A stretch of 64,000 nucleotides of DNA from Macrostomum lignano (GCA_002269645.1 NIVC01002499.1:75735-139734); one strand, 5' to 3'. Positions 13,516 to 26,543 are shown, counted from the first letter of the stretch. The notes: generated by a model not told the origin, from the sequence alone. Made by a program: numbers and translations.

Positions 13516-15177
13516 CTCTCGCTCCCGCAGCAGTCGGCCGCAGCCCCAGTCGCAGCGCCAGTGGCGGCGCCAGTCGCGGCGCCAGACGAGGCCGTTCCGC
13601 CCGGCCTTGAGCTGCTGCGCACAACCTGCCTGGCGCTCTACCCCAGCCAGACCTGCCCGCTGCACTTTTACTCTGTGCTCAAGTACTGGCAGGGCGGCCC
13701 CGACCCGCTGGACTGCGTGCTCGCCTTCGCCCACCCGGGCGATTCCGAGGTGTCACCGCACTGGCACTTCGTCACCGCCGGCCTCTCCGACCTCCATGGC
13801 GACGGCCGCGTCCACGAGCGGGCAGCCGGGCCCGGCGACGCCTCCGGCTTCGGCTTCGAGCTGTCGTTCCGGGTGCGCCGCGAGGACCCGATCTCGCCGC
13901 CGCCGCAGTGGGCGGCCCGCCTGCTGCAGTCGCTGGCCCGCTACGTGTTCGCCACCGGCTGCCTCATCAGCGCCGGCGACTTCGTGCCCTGGCCCGGCCC
14001 GCTTGACGGCAGCCGCGATTCCCGGCTGCAGCACCTGCTGCTGGCCTCCGACCCGCGCCTGCCGCCCTGCGCCCAGGGCCCGCTGGGCAGCGTCCGCTTC
14101 CCCCTGCTGCTCGGAGCAACTGCGGACGAGCTGGCGGCCGCCCAGGCCTGGTCTGTGCCGGCCATCGCCAGCATGCTGCCCATCGTCACTGACATGCGCC
14201 GGGGCGAGTCCCTGTTCGACCTGCACCCCGAGCTGCGCGAGATGGTGCGCGATCAGCAGGTCTGTGGCGACTGACTTCCTACTTGTCTTATTTCTATCAT
14301 CATTGACAATGTCTCTGCTGTAGATCCGAGATCCCTAAGATAGCAACCCGGATCCCAAAGCCAGCATACCAGATCCCTAAGATAGCAACCCGGATCCCAA
14401 AGCCAGCATACCAGATCCCTAAGATAGCAACCCGGATCCCAAAGCCAGCATACCAGATCCCTAAGATAGCAACCCGGATCCCAAAGCCAGCATACCAGAT
14501 CCCAAAGCCAGCATCCCAGATCCCAAAGCCAGCATCCCATGTCTCAGATGCCAGCATCCCAGATCCCAAAGCCAGCATCCCAGATCCCAAAGCCAGCATC
14601 CCAGATCCCAAAGCCAGCATCCCATGTCTCAGATGCCAAACGCAACGTGCCAAATCCCGCGTCCCAGATCTCAAAGCCAGCCATCCCGGTTTTCTTCTCC
14701 CAGGAGCAGCACGGCAGCGGCCTGGCGGCGGTCACGTGCCGCCTGATGTGGCTGGACGAGGACGGGCCATCCGGTGGCGCCGCCGAGGTGACCACGGTGT
14801 CCCGGCCGCACATCCACGTGTCGCACGAGGCCGGCCTGGCGCTGCCTGACGCGCTGGAGTCGCGGCTCCGCAAAGGCCGCCATTTCACCCTCGTGTCGGC
14901 CGGCGGCGGCGGCCACGCCGTTTCCCTGGTGCCCAGCGCCGTCCGCGGCGTCGTGGTGACGGAGGAGCTTCCGTACGCGGCCAGAGGCCTGTGGCTGCAC
15001 GCGCTGATCTCGGACGAGCTGCTGGAGCAGATGGACTACGAAATGCACTGCCTGCGGCTGCCGCCAGACCGGCAGGAGTGGCCGCGCTGCTTCCGCTGGG
15101 AGTCCAAGGGCCTCGCCATCACCGTCCATGGGCCCGGCGCCACCCTGCCCGATCCGCCGCCCGACTCTCCGATTTGA
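13498..15177 (+). CDS. SUFU: Suppressor of fused (Hedgehog pathway); exons 13498-14259 and 14704-15177 (about 411 aa); start uncertain
   Basis: PPGL...LYPSQ...KYWQGGPDPLD, PHWHFVTAGLSDLHGDGRVHE, SGFGFELSFRVRR, PPQWAARLLQSLARYVF, DMRRGESLFDLHP, RLRKGRHFT, EELPYAARGLWLHALI. Phase-0 GT-AG intron at 14260-14703. Confidence 0.95.
14325..14690. repeat. 42/21-bp minisatellite in the SUFU intron
   Basis: Units gatccctaagatagcaacccggatcccaaagccagcatacca and gatcccaaagccagcatccca. Confidence 0.9.
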
Positions 15178-15182
15178 GACTT

Positions 15183-15485
15183 AAATCCCCATGATAGCTG
15201 AGCTCGAATCCCCATGATAGCTGAGCTCGAATCCCCATGATAGCTGAGCTCGAATCCCCAAGTTATCTGAGCTCGAATCCCCAAGTTAGCTGAGCTCGAA
15301 TCCCCAAGTTAGCTGAGCTCGAATCCCCAAGTTAGCTGAGCTTGAATCCCCAAGTTAGCTGAGCTCGAATCCCCAAGTTAGCTGAGCTCGAATCCCCAAG
15401 TTAGCTGAGCTCGAATCCCCAAGTTAGCTGAGCTCGAATCCCCATGTTATGAGCTCGAATCCTCGGTTAGATGAGCTCGAATCCC
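15183..15485. repeat. 23-bp minisatellite directly after the SUFU stop
   Basis: Unit gctgagctcgaatccccaagtta. Confidence 0.93.
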
Positions 15486-16154
15486 AAACCAAGCCTGTAC
15501 TGGCGCAACCACTGCTCGCTCATTTCTATCTTCAATACTGTCAATAAGTATTGTATTTGCTCTGTTAATTAGCTTTTTACAGACACTATCAGGCGTTTGT
15601 ACTGCAGATGTTTTATCAGTGGCAACACTGTTCGTACACTCGAACTCTACTCGGCGCATGCCTGTTTTGCACTTTTTTATCCCATTGTTTACACCGCATG
15701 TGCTTCCTGGGTGCCTGTCGGCGCACCCTGCTACTCAATGCCTACCTTACCTGCCCATGGTGCGGCAGACTCATGCCACGCTTAACGCAACTGACTTTCT
15801 GTGTCTATCATTTTCAAGCTTTGTAGCCGGAATTTCAATTTTTTAAATCAATAATCAATTAGCAAAAGTACAAAGAATTGCTTGTGGTTTTATTGCTATT
15901 TGTGAGAACTTGAAAGGTTGCAAAGTTTTCTTTGAAATTTTGGGTCGGCCTTGGTGAAATTCTTTCTCATGCAACTGAACTGCTTTCGCTAAGCTGTTTT
16001 CTAGATAAGATTCCCAATGATTAGCTGAGCTGCTCAGCTTGGAGGGGCCGTCTGTTATCTTGGCGAATTTAAGATACGAATTCTCTTATCTGGCTTTAAC
16101 CCTACCGCTGCTCAGCCTAGCATGTCTTATCTATGCTGATTGCTCTCAGTTCAT

Positions 16155-16880
16155 TTTTCAACTGGCCATTCCATTTCCCACCCTGTCATTCCATTTGCCA
16201 TCCTGTCATTCCATTTCCCACCCTGTAATTCCATTTCCCACCCTGTCATTCCATTTCCCACCCTGTAATTCCATTTGCCATCCTGCCATTCCATTTGCCA
16301 TCCTGCCATTCCATTTGCCATCCTGTCATTCCATTTCCCACCCTGTAATTCCATTTCCCATCCTGTCATTCCATTTCCCATCCTGTCATTCCATTTCCCA
16401 TCCTGCCATTCCATTTCCCATCCTGTCATTCCATTTCCCACCCTGCCATTCCATTTCCCATCCTGTCATTCCATTTCCCATCCTGTCATTCCATTTCCCA
16501 TCCTGTCATTCCATTTGCCATCCTCCCATTCCATTTCCCATCCTGCCATTCCATTTCCCATCCTGCCATTCCTTTTCCCATCCTGTCACTCCATTTCCCA
16601 TCCTGTCATTCCATTTGCCATCCTGCCATTCCATTTCCCATCCTGCCATTTCATTTCCCATTCTGCCATTCTATTTCCCATCTTGCCATTCCATTTCCCA
16701 TCCTGTCATTCCATTTCCCATCCTGCCATTCCATTTGCCATTCTGCCATTCTATTTCCCATCCTGCCATTTCATTTCCCATTCTGCCATTCTATTTCCCA
16801 TCCTGCCATTCCATTTGCCATTCTGCCATTCTATTTCCTATCCTGCCATTCCATTTGCCATCCTGCCATTCCATATTCCA
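16155..16880. repeat. 20-bp pyrimidine-rich minisatellite ending at an AG acceptor before USP
   Basis: Unit ccattccatttcccatcctg; array ends in ccatattccag, 15 nt before the USP ATG. Confidence 0.95.
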
Positions 16881-16896
16881 GCCACAGCGCGCCGCC

Positions 16897-17406
16897 ATGT
16901 CCAGCCCTGCAGCCGTGACCGCTGGCGCAGCGGAGAAGTCCATGAAGGTGGTGCTGCTGGCGGTAGACAGCTCGCCGCACTGCAAGCGCGCATTCGACAT
17001 GTACCTGAAGCAGGTGCGCCAGCCCACGGACGTCCTGCTGCTTGTCCACGCCGTGGAGCCGCCCAGCCAGCCGGTGGCGCTGAGCGTCAGCGACAACTTC
17101 TTGAAGCGGCACACGGAGCTGATGGAGGAGCAGCTGGCGGAGGCTGAGCGGCTCAAGCAGCGCTGGAAGGACGCCTGCCACCAGCTGGGCATCAAGAAGT
17201 TCTCCTTCGTGAATGTGTCCGGCGAGCCTGGCGAGGCCATCGTGCAGGCGGCCGAGGAGCACGAGGCGGACCTGGTGGTGATGGGCAGCCGCGGCCTCGG
17301 CACCCTGCGGCGCACCTTCCTGGGCTCCGTGAGCGACTACGTGCTGCACCACGCCTACAGGCCGGTGCTCATCTGCCCGCCGTCCAAGCGGGAGGCCACT
17401 GAGTAG
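16897..17406 (+). CDS. Universal stress protein A-like (USP domain), 169 aa, single coding exon
   Basis: KVVLLAVDSSPHCKRAF, LLVHAVE, GEPGEAIVQAAEEHEADLVVMGSRGLGTLRRTFLGSVSDYVLHHA (G-x2-G-x9-GS motif). Good context gccgccATG. Confidence 0.93.
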   Translation: MSSPAAVTAGAAEKSMKVVLLAVDSSPHCKRAFDMYLKQVRQPTDVLLLVHAVEPPSQPVALSVSDNFLKRHTELMEEQLAEAERLKQRWKDACHQLGIKKFSFVNVSGEPGEAIVQAAEEHEADLVVMGSRGLGTLRRTFLGSVSDYVLHHAYRPVLICPPSKREATE

Positions 17407-18069
17407 CCTGCGGGTTTCTTGTAATCCCGAAAATTTGAGACTTTTGCAAGAGAGGTCAGTAGCTTTTCAGTAGTATAAAATGCACATCGTTGCCAATTAA
17501 GAGATGAGAAAACTGGAGTTTGGGTTCTTTGCAGTTAATTGCTGCGCTCTAAAATTATAGTGTTAATGTCCTCAAAAACTACTGAAAAGTTTCGATGTCA
17601 GTAGCTTGATTGCGGAGTGGCCCTTTATTAAATAAAACTGTTTGAACTCGCCTACTCATAGTAGCGTAAAACGCGCGAATTTTTTTTCCAAAGCCGACCT
17701 TGATAAATTTCTGATCGCCTGGCAACGCAAGCAGCTTTTCTGATGTTTTTCTGCTTCATTATAACCCCCTTTGTTAGCCATTTCTACTGTGTTTGCCCGT
17801 AATCCATGTTCGCTTGGCTCGGTAAGCTTTCCTAAGTTAAACTAATTAATTAACTTATTACTCACCTACAGTAAGTATTGCGCCATGGCGTTCTCGCTCA
17901 TTTTCTCTGATCTGCGCGCGCACTTTTTCTACTGTACTTTGGGTCAATTTTGCTTGATTAAAAATATAATCGTATCAATCATAATGTTATTTCCTTGAGT
18001 TCGCCTTTGTCATCAAACATTTTGGCATCGGATAAGCCTTCGTGTAGTTCTATTGCGCTGCGCTGAGCA

Positions 18070-18103
18070 GTCACGTGACCTGTCGGATCCCGGATCACGT
18101 GAC
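18070..18103. promoter_or_regulatory. Pair of extended E-box palindromes (TCACGTGA)
   Basis: gtcacgtgac at 18070-18079 and atcacgtgac at 18094-18103 in unique non-coding sequence. Confidence 0.3.
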
Positions 18104-18242
18104 TCGGATTATGGCCATAAAATGGCGGGTTGCCTACATCATCTGGCTGAGCAGTTTCGACCAAATTACGCTAAATGAGAGCTAACCGCAGGTGCATGTT
18201 ACTGTACACGCCAGGACAGGTGTACTTAGCATATCTGCATGA

Positions 18243-20830
18243 TTGATCACAAACCACAATCTCCGATCACAAACCACAATCACCGATCACAAACCACAAT
18301 CTCCGATCACAAACCACAATCTCTGATCATAAACCACAATCTCTGATCACAAACCACAAGCTCCGATCACAAACCACAATCTCTGATCACAAACCACAAG
18401 CTCTGATCACAAACCACAATCTCTGATCACAAACCACAATCTCTGATCACAAACCACAATCTCTAATCACAAACCACAATCTCTGATCATAAACCACAAT
18501 CTCTAATCACAAGCCACTAGCTCTGATCACAAACCACAATCTCTGATCACAAACCACAATCTCCGATCACAAACCACAATCTCTAATCACAAACCACAAT
18601 CTCTAATCACAAACCACAATCTCTGATCACAAACCACAATCTCTAATCACAAACCACAATCTCTGATCACAAACCACAATCTCTGATCACAAACCACAAT
18701 CTTCGATCACAAACCACAATCTCTGATCATAAACCACAAGCTCCAATCACAAACCACAATCTCTGATCACAAACCACAATCACCGATCACAAACCACAAT
18801 CTCTAATCACAAACCACAATCACCGATCACAAACCACAATATCTAATCACAAACCACAATCCCTGATCACAAACCACAATCTCTGATCACAAGCCACTAG
18901 CTCTGATCACAAACCACAATCTTCGATCACAAACCACAATCTCTGATCATAAACCACAATCACCGATCACAAACCACAATCTCTGATCATAAACCACAAT
19001 CACCGATCACAAACCACAATCACCGATCACAAACCACAATCTCTGATCACAAACCACAATCTTCGATCACAAACCACAATCTCTGATCACAAACCACAAT
19101 CACCGATCACAAACCACAATCTCTAATCACAAACCACAATCACCGATCACAAACCACAATCTCTAATCACAAACCACAATCCCTGATCACAAACCACAAT
19201 CACCGATCACAAACCACAATCTCTAATCACAAACCACAATCTCTGATCACAAACCACAATCTCTGATCACAAACCACAAGCTCTGATCACAAACCACAAT
19301 CCCTGATCACAAACCACAATCTCTAATCACAAACCACAATCTCTGATCACAAACCACAATCTCTAATCACAAACCACAATCTCTAATCACAAACCACAAT
19401 CACCGATCACAAACCACAATCTCTAATCACAAACCACAATCACCGATCACAAACCACAATCTCTAATCACAAACCACAATCCCTGATCACAAACCACAAT
19501 CACCGATCGCAAACCACAATCTCTAATCACAAACCACAATCTCTGATCACAAACCACAATCTCTGATCACAAACCACAAGCTCTGATCACAAACCACAAT
19601 CCCTGATCACAAACCACAATCTCTAATCACAAACCACAATCTCTGATCACAAACCACAATCTCTAATCACAAACCACAATCTCTAATCACAAACCACAAT
19701 CACCGATCACAAACCACAATCTCTGATCACAAACCACAAGCTCTGATCACAAACCACAATCCCTGATCACAAACCACAATCTCTAATCACAAACCACAAT
19801 CTCTGATCATAAACCACAATCTCTAATCACAAACCACAATCTCTGATCACAAACCACAATCTCTGATCACAAACCACAATCTCTGATCACAAACCACAAT
19901 CTCTAATCACAAACCACAATCTCTGATCACAAACCACAAGCTCTGATCACAAACCACAATCCCTGATCACAAACCACAATCTCTAATCACAAACCACAAT
20001 CTCTAATCACAAACCACAATCTCTAATCACAAACCACAATCTCTAATCACAAACCACAATCTCTGATCACAAACCACAATCTCTAATCACAAACCACAAT
20101 CTCTGATCATAAACCACAATCTCTAATCACAAACCACAATCTCTAATCACAAACCACAAGCTCCGATCACAAACCACAAGCTCCGATCACAAACCACAAT
20201 CCCTGATCACAAACCACAATCTCTAATCACAAACCACAATCCCTGATCACAAACCACAATCTCTGATCACAAACCACAATCCCTGATCACAAACCACAAT
20301 CACCGATCACAAACCACAATCTCTAATCACAAACCACAAGCTCTGATCACAAACCACAATCTCCGATCACAAACCACAAGCTCTGATCACAAACCACAAT
20401 CCCTAATCACAAACCACAATCCCTGATCATCAACCACAATCTCTGATCACAAACCACAATCCCTGATCACAAACCACAATCCCTGATCACAAACCACAAT
20501 CTCTGATCACAAACCACAATCCCTGATCACAAACCACAATCACCGATCACAAACCACAATCTCTAATCACAAACCACAAGCTCTGATCACAAACCACAAT
20601 CTCTGATCACAAACCACAATCCCTGATCACAAACCACAATCACCGATCACAAACCACAATCTCTAATCACAAACCACAAGCTCTGATCACAAACCACAAT
20701 CTCTGATCACAAACCACAATCACCGATCACAAGCCACAATCTCCGATCACAAACCACAAGCTCTGATCACAAACCACAATCTCTAATCACAAACCACAAG
20801 CTCTGATCACAAACCACAATCTCTGATCAC
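18243..20830. repeat. 20-bp satellite array, about 2.6 kb (about 130 copies)
   Basis: Unit gatcacaaaccacaatctct with variants ctaatcac, caccgatcac, ccctgatcac. Confidence 0.98.
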
Positions 20831-21229
20831 ACACATCACAAGCTCCAATCTCAAAACTTGTACATCTCAAAATCTTGCAATAATTAATGGGGACCCCATT
20901 GGGAAAAGTTTGCTTACAGCACTACTTATGTCGATTTGGTTAGTATTGCAATACAAGCTAGTGTGTCTTAGTTATAGGCTGATTAAAATTTCAATGTTTT
21001 CATTGCAATATTGCAATGGTTTCAAGTTATATTTCCGAGTACAATTTGTTCAACTTGATTTGAATAGAATAAATTGTTAATCACGCTGAACAAATCGCGC
21101 AGGAAGATACGAAGCAGTACGCAGCTACAGGTGATCAGAGACAGCATAAAAAGCGTAAATTTTTAGGATTTCTGTTTGCGCAATTTTCCACAATTTGCAT
21201 CATAAATGTCAAATATCAGTTTTTTATGG

Positions 21230-22110
21230 CTCCTAGCTTTCTTTGGAACTCCTAGCTGTCCTTGGAACTCCTAGCTGTCCTTGGAACTCCTAGCTGTCCT
21301 TGGAACTCCTAGCTGTCCTTGGAACAATTAGCTGTCCTTGGAACTATTAGCTGTCCTTGGAACTCCTAGCTGTCCTTGAACCTCCTAGCTGTCCTTGCAG
21401 GAACTCCTAGCTGTCCTTGAAACTTTTAGCTGTCCTTGGAACTATTAGCTGTCCTTGGAACTATTAGCTGTCCTTGGAACTATTAGCTGTCCTTGGAACT
21501 ATTAGCTGTCCTTGGAACTATTAGCTGTCCTTGGAACTATTAGCTGTCCTTGGAACTATTAGCTGTCCTTGGAACTCCTAGCTGTGCTTGGAACTATTAG
21601 CTGTCCTTGGAACTCCTAGCTGTGCTTGGAACTATTAGCTGTCCTTGGAACTCCTAGCTGTGCTTGGAACTATTAGCTGTCCTTGGAACTCCTAGCTGTG
21701 CTTGGAACTATTAGCTGTCCTTGGAACTCCTAGCTGTGCTTGGAACTATTAGCTGTCCTTGGAACTCCTAGCTGTGCTTGGAACTATTAGCTGTCCTTGG
21801 AACTCCTAGATGTGCTTGGTACTATTAGCTGTCCTTGGAACTCCTAGCTGTGCTTGGAACTATTAGCTGTCCTTGGAACTCCTAGCTATGCTTGGAACTA
21901 TTAGCTATCCTTGGAACTATTAGCTGTCCTTGGAACTCCTAGCTGTGCTTGGAACTATTAGCTGTCCTTGGAACTCCTAGCTGTGCTTGGAACTATTAGC
22001 TGTCCTTGGAACTCCTAGCTGTCCTTGGAACTCCTAGCTGTCCTTGGAACTCCTAGCTGTTCTTGGAATTCTTAGCTGTTCTTGCAGGAACTCAGGTAGC
22101 TGTCCTTGAA
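21230..22110. repeat. 19-bp minisatellite just 3' of the nAChR stop
   Basis: Unit tagctgtccttggaact(at/cc). Confidence 0.96.
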
Positions 22111-22123
22111 CCATGGCTGCCGG

Positions 22124-25100
22124 TCAGGAGTGGTCTTCGAAGAAGGCGGGGTAGGCGACCCAGCAGACGACCAGGAACATGCAGGCGGTCAGCAGGCTGA
22201 AGGTCCAGAAGAAGATCCGGTCCAGGGCGAAGGCGGCGAACTTCCAGTCCTCCGAGTAGTCTGTCAATGTCGTGATCGGGGCCGCTGATGGCGCGGCCTC
22301 TTCGGCGCCACCATTGTCCGGCCAGAGGCAGCCGACGGGGTCGCTGCTTGCGGATGGCAGACAGCCGTTGCCGCGGCTGGCGGCGGCGGAGGCAGCTTTG
22401 GCGGCGGCCAGCGCGCCTTTGAAGTACAGCGCCGAGGGCGGCACCTCACCGATGCCGCCGCCACCGGCGCCGATCTCGAAGGAGTCGAGGCTGACGGCGT
22501 CCACATCAACGCGGCGCATCCTGGCGATTCCCTTCTGCGCTCGGAGGCCTCGCGGCGGCTGTGGCGGCGTCGGCGGCTTCAGGCGGGTCCAGCGACGGTA
22601 AAGGCGGGAGAGGCGCATGGCGTAGCCCGGCGGGCGCTCCTGCGGCTGGGAGAAAAACACCTGCGTGACGATGACGGCCATCACCACGCCCAGGGCCACC
22701 ATCGTCATGGTGACGGTGAACAGCAGGCCTGCGGGAAGGAGAGTCAGAGTAGCGGGTGTGAGAGTCAGAGTAGCGGGTGTGAGAGTCAGAGTAGCGGGTG
22801 TGAGAGTCAGAGTAGCGGGTGTGAGAGTCAGAGTAGCCGGCTAGAGAGTCAGAGTAGCGGGTGTGAGAGTCAGAGTAGCGGGTGTGAGAGTCGGAGTAGC
22901 GGATGTGAGAGTCAGAGTAGCGGGTGTGAGAGTCGGAGTAGCGGGTGTGCTCAAGAATGTGCTCAGTTGCAGCGGAGAGCTCACCCAAAATTGGGATGGC
23001 ATCCGGGGTGGGCGGCATGGTCTCGCTGACCATGAGCAGGAACACCACCAAAGCCAGCAGCACGGTGATCTCCAGGTTGACCTTCTCGCCGGACTCGATG
23101 GGCAGGTAGAAGGCCAGGAAGGACACGAAGTAGATGAGCAGGCAGGGGCAGATCAGGTTGATCACGTAGAACAGGCAGCGCCGGTACATGTGGATGGTGA
23201 AGTGGATCACGGGGAACGGCGACTCGCAGCAGGGGTACTTGTTGAACTGCTGGTAGGGCGTGATGCCCGTGACCTTCCACTCCTGGTTGCGGGCGTTGTA
23301 GTACACCTTCTGGTCCGCCTGGCCAGTGTGGTTCAGCGCCACCTGAAAGCCATCGTAGGTCCAGGACACGAAGGTCATGTTGCACTCCTGCGTGTCGAAG
23401 GGGAAGTAGCGCACGTCCAGAGTGCAGTACATCTTCACCACGATGGGGAAGGTCCACATCACATTGCCGTTCTTCTCCACGATGGCGTTGGTGTTCATGT
23501 AGTCCGAGTACTCGTCATTGGCGCTGCGGGTTCGAGTCCGCGATGGAGGCTGGGATCCGGGAGCTGGGATAGGGAGCTGGGATCAGGGAGCTGGAATCAG
23601 GGAGCTGGAATCAGGGAGCTGGGTTCAGGGAGTTGGGATCAGGGAGCTGGGATCAGGGAGTTGGGATCAGGGAGCTGGGATCAGGGAGCTGGAATCAGGG
23701 AGCTGGAATCAGGGAGCTGGAATCAGGGAGCTGGAATCAGGGAGCTGGGATCAGGGAGTTGGGATCAGGAAGCTGGGATCAGGGAGCTGGGGTCAAGTAG
23801 CTGGGATCAGGGAGCTGGCATCAGGGAGCTGGGATCAGGGAGCTGGCATCAGGGAGCTGGCATCAGGAAGCTGAGATCAGGGAGCTGGAATCAGGGAGTA
23901 GGATGAAGAGTCCAAGTCAAGGGTGGCGTTCTATTGTCAGGGGATCAGAACGATGTCAACGGCTCACAGCAGTGAACTCAGTTGCGCCTGACTCACTAGT
24001 TTGTTATAATGAGATCCGGCCTCCAGATGCTCTTGGCGGGAATCCAAAACTTTTTTATGGGGAAAACGCTCGAATCCCATTTCAGATATTCGTCCCACCA
24101 GTGCTGCAAAAGAGGGTGACATGGGGAATATAATTAAGCGGCTGCTTTATCCTGATACACTGGTGATGCAGCTATGAAAGTCACTGCTCACCACCCTGAT
24201 GGACACCTGAGCTGAGATCGTCTGGTGTCGCTCGTTCTGAAATGATTGCCAAAGATTATCTTCAACCTGTCTTCAAGCGAGTGCTGATTCGCAGCTCGCC
24301 GAGTTTTCCAGACCAGCTACGATTTTCTTTCTGATTAAACGGATGATGCGGTGCATGTAAATTAATGGGTTATTGAATCGGTCACGAATCCCAGTGATGC
24401 AAATCTTTGAGAGCTGCGAGTGCAAACGAGTAATATAATTGAACTGTTGGAGTGGCGGATGCGAATATGACAGTTATGTAACTCATCTAGAGAAGAGAAG
24501 AAGAGGGGAGAGAGGAGAGAGAAGAGAAAAGAGAAAAGATAGGAGAGAGGAGAGGGGGGAGAGGAGAGATGGGAAGGGAGAGGGGAGAGAGGAGAGAGGA
24601 GAGAGGAGAGAGGAAAGGGAAGAGAGGAGAGAGGAGAGAGGAGAGAGGAAATACAAGAGAGGAGAGAGGAGAGAGGAAAGGGAAGAGAGGAGAGAGGAGA
24701 GAGGAAAGGGAAGAGAGGAGAGAGGAGAGAGGAAATGCAAGAGAGGAGAGAGGAGAGAGGAAAGGAAAGAGAGGAGAGAGGAGAGGAGAGATGGGAAGGG
24801 AGAGGGAAGAGAGGAGAGAGGAGAGAGGAGAGAGGAAAGGGAAGAGAGGAGAGAAGAGAGAGGAGAGAGGAGAGAGGAGAGGGAAGAGAGGAGAGAGGAG
24901 AGGAGAGACGGGAAGGGAGAGGGAAGAGAGGAGAGAGGAGAGAGGAAATGCAAGAGAGGAGAGAGGAGAGAGGAGAGAGGAGAGAGGAGAGGAGAGACGG
25001 GAAGGGAGAAAAAAGAGAGGAGAGAGGAGAGAGGAGAGAGGAAAGGGAAGAGGGGAGAGAGGAGAGAGGAGAGAGGAGAGAGGAGAGAGGAAATGCAAGA

Positions 25101-26269
25101 GAGGAGAGAGGAGAGGAGAGACGGGAAGGGAGAGGGAAGAGAGGAGAGAGGAGAGAGGAGAGAGGAAAGGGAAGAGAGGAGAGAAGAGAGAGGAGAGAGG
25201 AGAGAGGAGAGGAGAGAGGAAAGGCAAGAGAGGAGAGAGGAGAGGAGAGAGGAAAGGCAAGAGAGGAGAGAGGAGAGAGGAGAGAGGAGAGAGGAAATGC
25301 AAGAGAGGAGAGAGGAGAGAGGAAAGGGAAGAGAGGAGAGAGGAGAGGAGAGACGGGAAGGGAGAGGGAAGAGAGGAGAGAGGAGAGAGGAGAGAGGAAA
25401 GGGAAGAGAGGAGAGAAGAGAGAGGAGAGAGGAGAGAGGAGAGGAGAGAGGAAAGGCAAGAGAGGAGAGAGGAGAGGAGAGAGGAAAGGCAAGAGAGGAG
25501 AGAGGAGAGAGAAGAGAGGAGAGAGGAGAGAGGAGAGAGGAGAGGGAAGAGAGGAGAGAGGAGAGAGGAAAGGGAAGAGAGGAGAGAGGAGAGACGGGAA
25601 AAGACAGGGGAGAGAGGAGAGGAGAGAGAAGAGGGGAGAGCGGAGAGGATTTACACTCAACCAGGACTTTTACCCATTCCTTTAAAAAATCGGAAATCAT
25701 CGAAAATTTTCTGCAGCCGCCGGCATTCTTCTGCCTATCAATGCGGAGCTATTTTTAGAAACAAAGCGGTCCGGGTCTGCCTGCCTTCGCTGATCGGCCA
25801 TTTCTATTTTTCCAGTGTTCATCGGTCTGGCTCAATGTTGAGCTCAGTGTCTTTTCAGAATGGATGAATTCGGCTACTTTCAAAGTCAGAGCTTCATCGC
25901 TTAAGCCTTTTGCACACTGCTCAACTGGTCTCCTTATTAATGATGAGGCGCTCCCGTGTCCACCAGGGAATCACGCGAGGCCGCTCAAATTGCCATGGGT
26001 GGGGTGGGGAGCGGGACAGGCCTCTAAAAGTTCAAAGGGAGACCAGAGGTGCCGCCACGGCGCCGGCGTCCCAGTGCGGCCGCACCGCGCCACCAGCTGG
26101 CGCCACCGATGAGCAGCCCAGCTTTGCTGAGTCTCTGGGACTCGGGGCTGCCGGATTTTGGGGATTCTTGGCCGCGGCTCGTCATCTAATCAGGCATTTT
26201 GGAGCTATGGAGCTGCCCGCTGTGCATACTAATCGGAGCTGGCAGATTAAAAGGACAAGAAGGACTTTT

Positions 26270-26362
<93 letters not shown>

Positions 26363-26405
26363 CACACACACACACACACACACAGACAGACAGACAGACA
26401 GACAC

Positions 26406-26452
<47 letters not shown>

Positions 26453-26489
26453 CACACACACACACACAGACAGACAGACAGACAGACAC

Positions 26490-26543
<54 letters not shown>

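Noticed and set aside
16039-16896. Long N-terminal extension of the USP ORF
   Set aside because: Translated 20-bp repeat; an AG acceptor and a strong ATG at 16897 define the real start.
17979-18164. 61-aa minus ORF containing GNPPF (amino-methyltransferase-like motif)
   Set aside because: Non-ATG start, too short, no other MTase motifs or clear splice partners.
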